A stretch of DNA of 63,562 nucleotides, the filler included, from Octopus bimaculoides (lineage: Eukaryota): the NCBI RefSeq assembly GCF_001194135.2. It is 4 parts of 4 records of this genome, joined end to end, with 100 filler letters (N's around TTAATTAATTAA, not from the genome) between each part and the next. Parts side by side here need not be neighbours in the genome. Positions count along the whole stretch, not along the records: positions 62,249 to 63,562 come from NC_068985.1; 3 more parts are not named here. One strand, given 5' to 3'. The notes beneath the pieces are model-generated. The model made no database searches. It worked only from the letters and a program-made list of their open reading frames with translations, and was not told the origin of the DNA. Numbering within the stretch: position 1 is the stretch's first letter; every line of letters starts with the position of its first letter. The translations under genes and the position numbers were made by a program. Positions 62,315 to 63,562 of this stretch are shown piece after piece.

Positions 62315-63249
62315 GTTGTTGTTGTTGTTGTTGTTGTTTATGTTGTTGTTAATGAAAAAGCAATGGTAGTGAGAATGTATGTACATATAATTCATTTTGG
62401 CCCCATCCTGTATTTGGCTGCTTTATTTTCAGACATATCACATTGTAGATTATGTTCTAGAGCGGAGAAATTTATGAAAGCTTCACTAGATTGACGTCAT
62501 ATCCATGTGATAGGATATAATTGAGATTTACCCACTGACTGCTTGGCACCAAAGAGACCGGAATTTATGCACCGACTGTCAAACCGCTTCCTTACAGCGT
62601 TTCAGCTATTCCATACCAGAAGAAATACACCATTATTGTCATATAAAATCTCCAGGGTGGCTCGACTATATTTCATGGAAAGTGCTATTTCCTGAATTAT
62701 GTCATACTCTTATTCTCTCTATTATTAACACTTGTTATTGTTATTTCACTCTAAGATTAGAACAAATACAGTAGACCTATGACCAAGGGTGCTCTTGTCG
62801 TCATTTTCCTGTCTTTTATTTGGACATATTGTGTGGGAATACAATGTACCGATCCTTGTTAATAGACTAAAGGGTATGTGTAATTTAAAGGGAGATATTT
62901 TTTTAACAAGTCAAACAACTGCCTAAAAGTAGATCTTTAGTTAGCTCATGATCTCTGCGGCCGATGGGGAGGAAGATGACGCCGACATTGAACTTCGTCA
63001 TCGTTATCATCATTAACATCATTCTTATCCCAGGCACCACCACCGCCGTCGCCGCCACCGCCACCGCTACCACTGCCACCTCCACCGTCGCGGAGATGGT
63101 GGCTATTCTTTTATTCTTTTACTTATTTCAGTCATTTGACGGCGGCCATGCTGGACCTCCGCCTTCAACGGTTTTAGTCGAACAAATTGAAACCCGAACT
63201 TATTCTTTGACGCAAAAATCTATCTATCTATCTATCTATCTATCTGGAC

Positions 63250-63562
63250 AGACGGTAGACGTGTCGGCTCCGTAAGTTTTGACTTTTTCATGTTTTAAAA
63301 AGTTTGTTTGTAAAGTTTATTTTATATAGAAAGTTGTATAACAACTTGTATACTCTCTGGTGCAAGTTTTTTGCGACGGAAATCTGCCCTGTGTGGCACA
63401 TTTCCAGGATATAAAAACCAATTTCGGCTTTCTAGCCATTTTTTTTGAGACGATGGCGTCTTGTAGCCATGAAAATTTTTGTGAAACGAACGCTGCATTT
63501 TGCAGTGTTTCGTTCGAAAAAGAATTTCCTAGTCTTCCTTCCTCACAGTTAAAGCAGAGAAT
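63250..63562 (+). mobile_element. Possible 5' end of a Tc1/mariner-like DNA transposon
   Basis: Composition and a TIR-like start (gtgtcggctccgtaagttttgac) only; no partner TIR in the window. Confidence 0.25.

Noticed and set aside
62964-63275. 103-aa ORF with a hydrophobic/Thr-Ala-rich stretch as the next ERCC6L exon or a membrane protein
   Set aside because: Derived from (CAT)/(CAC)-type low-complexity sequence plus a SINE C tail; lacks the expected ELW.LFDF continuation.

Overview
This is AT-rich, microsatellite- and transposon-dense animal genomic DNA with many assembly gaps. The SINE families look like those of octopods/cephalopods; this is my recognition, not a database result. Two host genes can be supported. 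(1) A single-coding-exon class A peptide GPCR of the FMRFamide-receptor-like group (14775-15899, +). (2) The 5' five coding exons of an ERCC6L/PICH SNF2-family DNA translocase (+). I assembled these by hand from splice signals and reading phase: 53522-53689, 56219-56763, 59120-59245, 60171-60339, 62018-62143. Exons 3 and 5 are not represented in the supplied ORF track, and the gene runs past the window end. The rest is decayed mobile DNA: mariner, Tc1 (IR/DR) and maT-like elements, hAT/Charlie, piggyBac-type and other MITEs, Helentron-like HINEs, an RT-less Ty3/gypsy element, CR1, RTE, R4/Dong-like RLE LINEs, Penelope-like elements and at least five SINE families. Most ORFs in the track are microsatellite or N-gap artefacts. 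I cannot claim a demonstrably new multi-gene system. The best leads are: a ~120-aa PICH linker expansion carrying a KEN box and a cyclin-B-like D-box; a ~3-kb inverted Penelope structure; retroelements tied to (TAA)n microsatellites; several intronic dsRNA-forming inverted repeats; and a GPCR with a possible alternative disulfide and a PDZ-binding tail. TE boundaries are by-eye estimates unless stated as exact.
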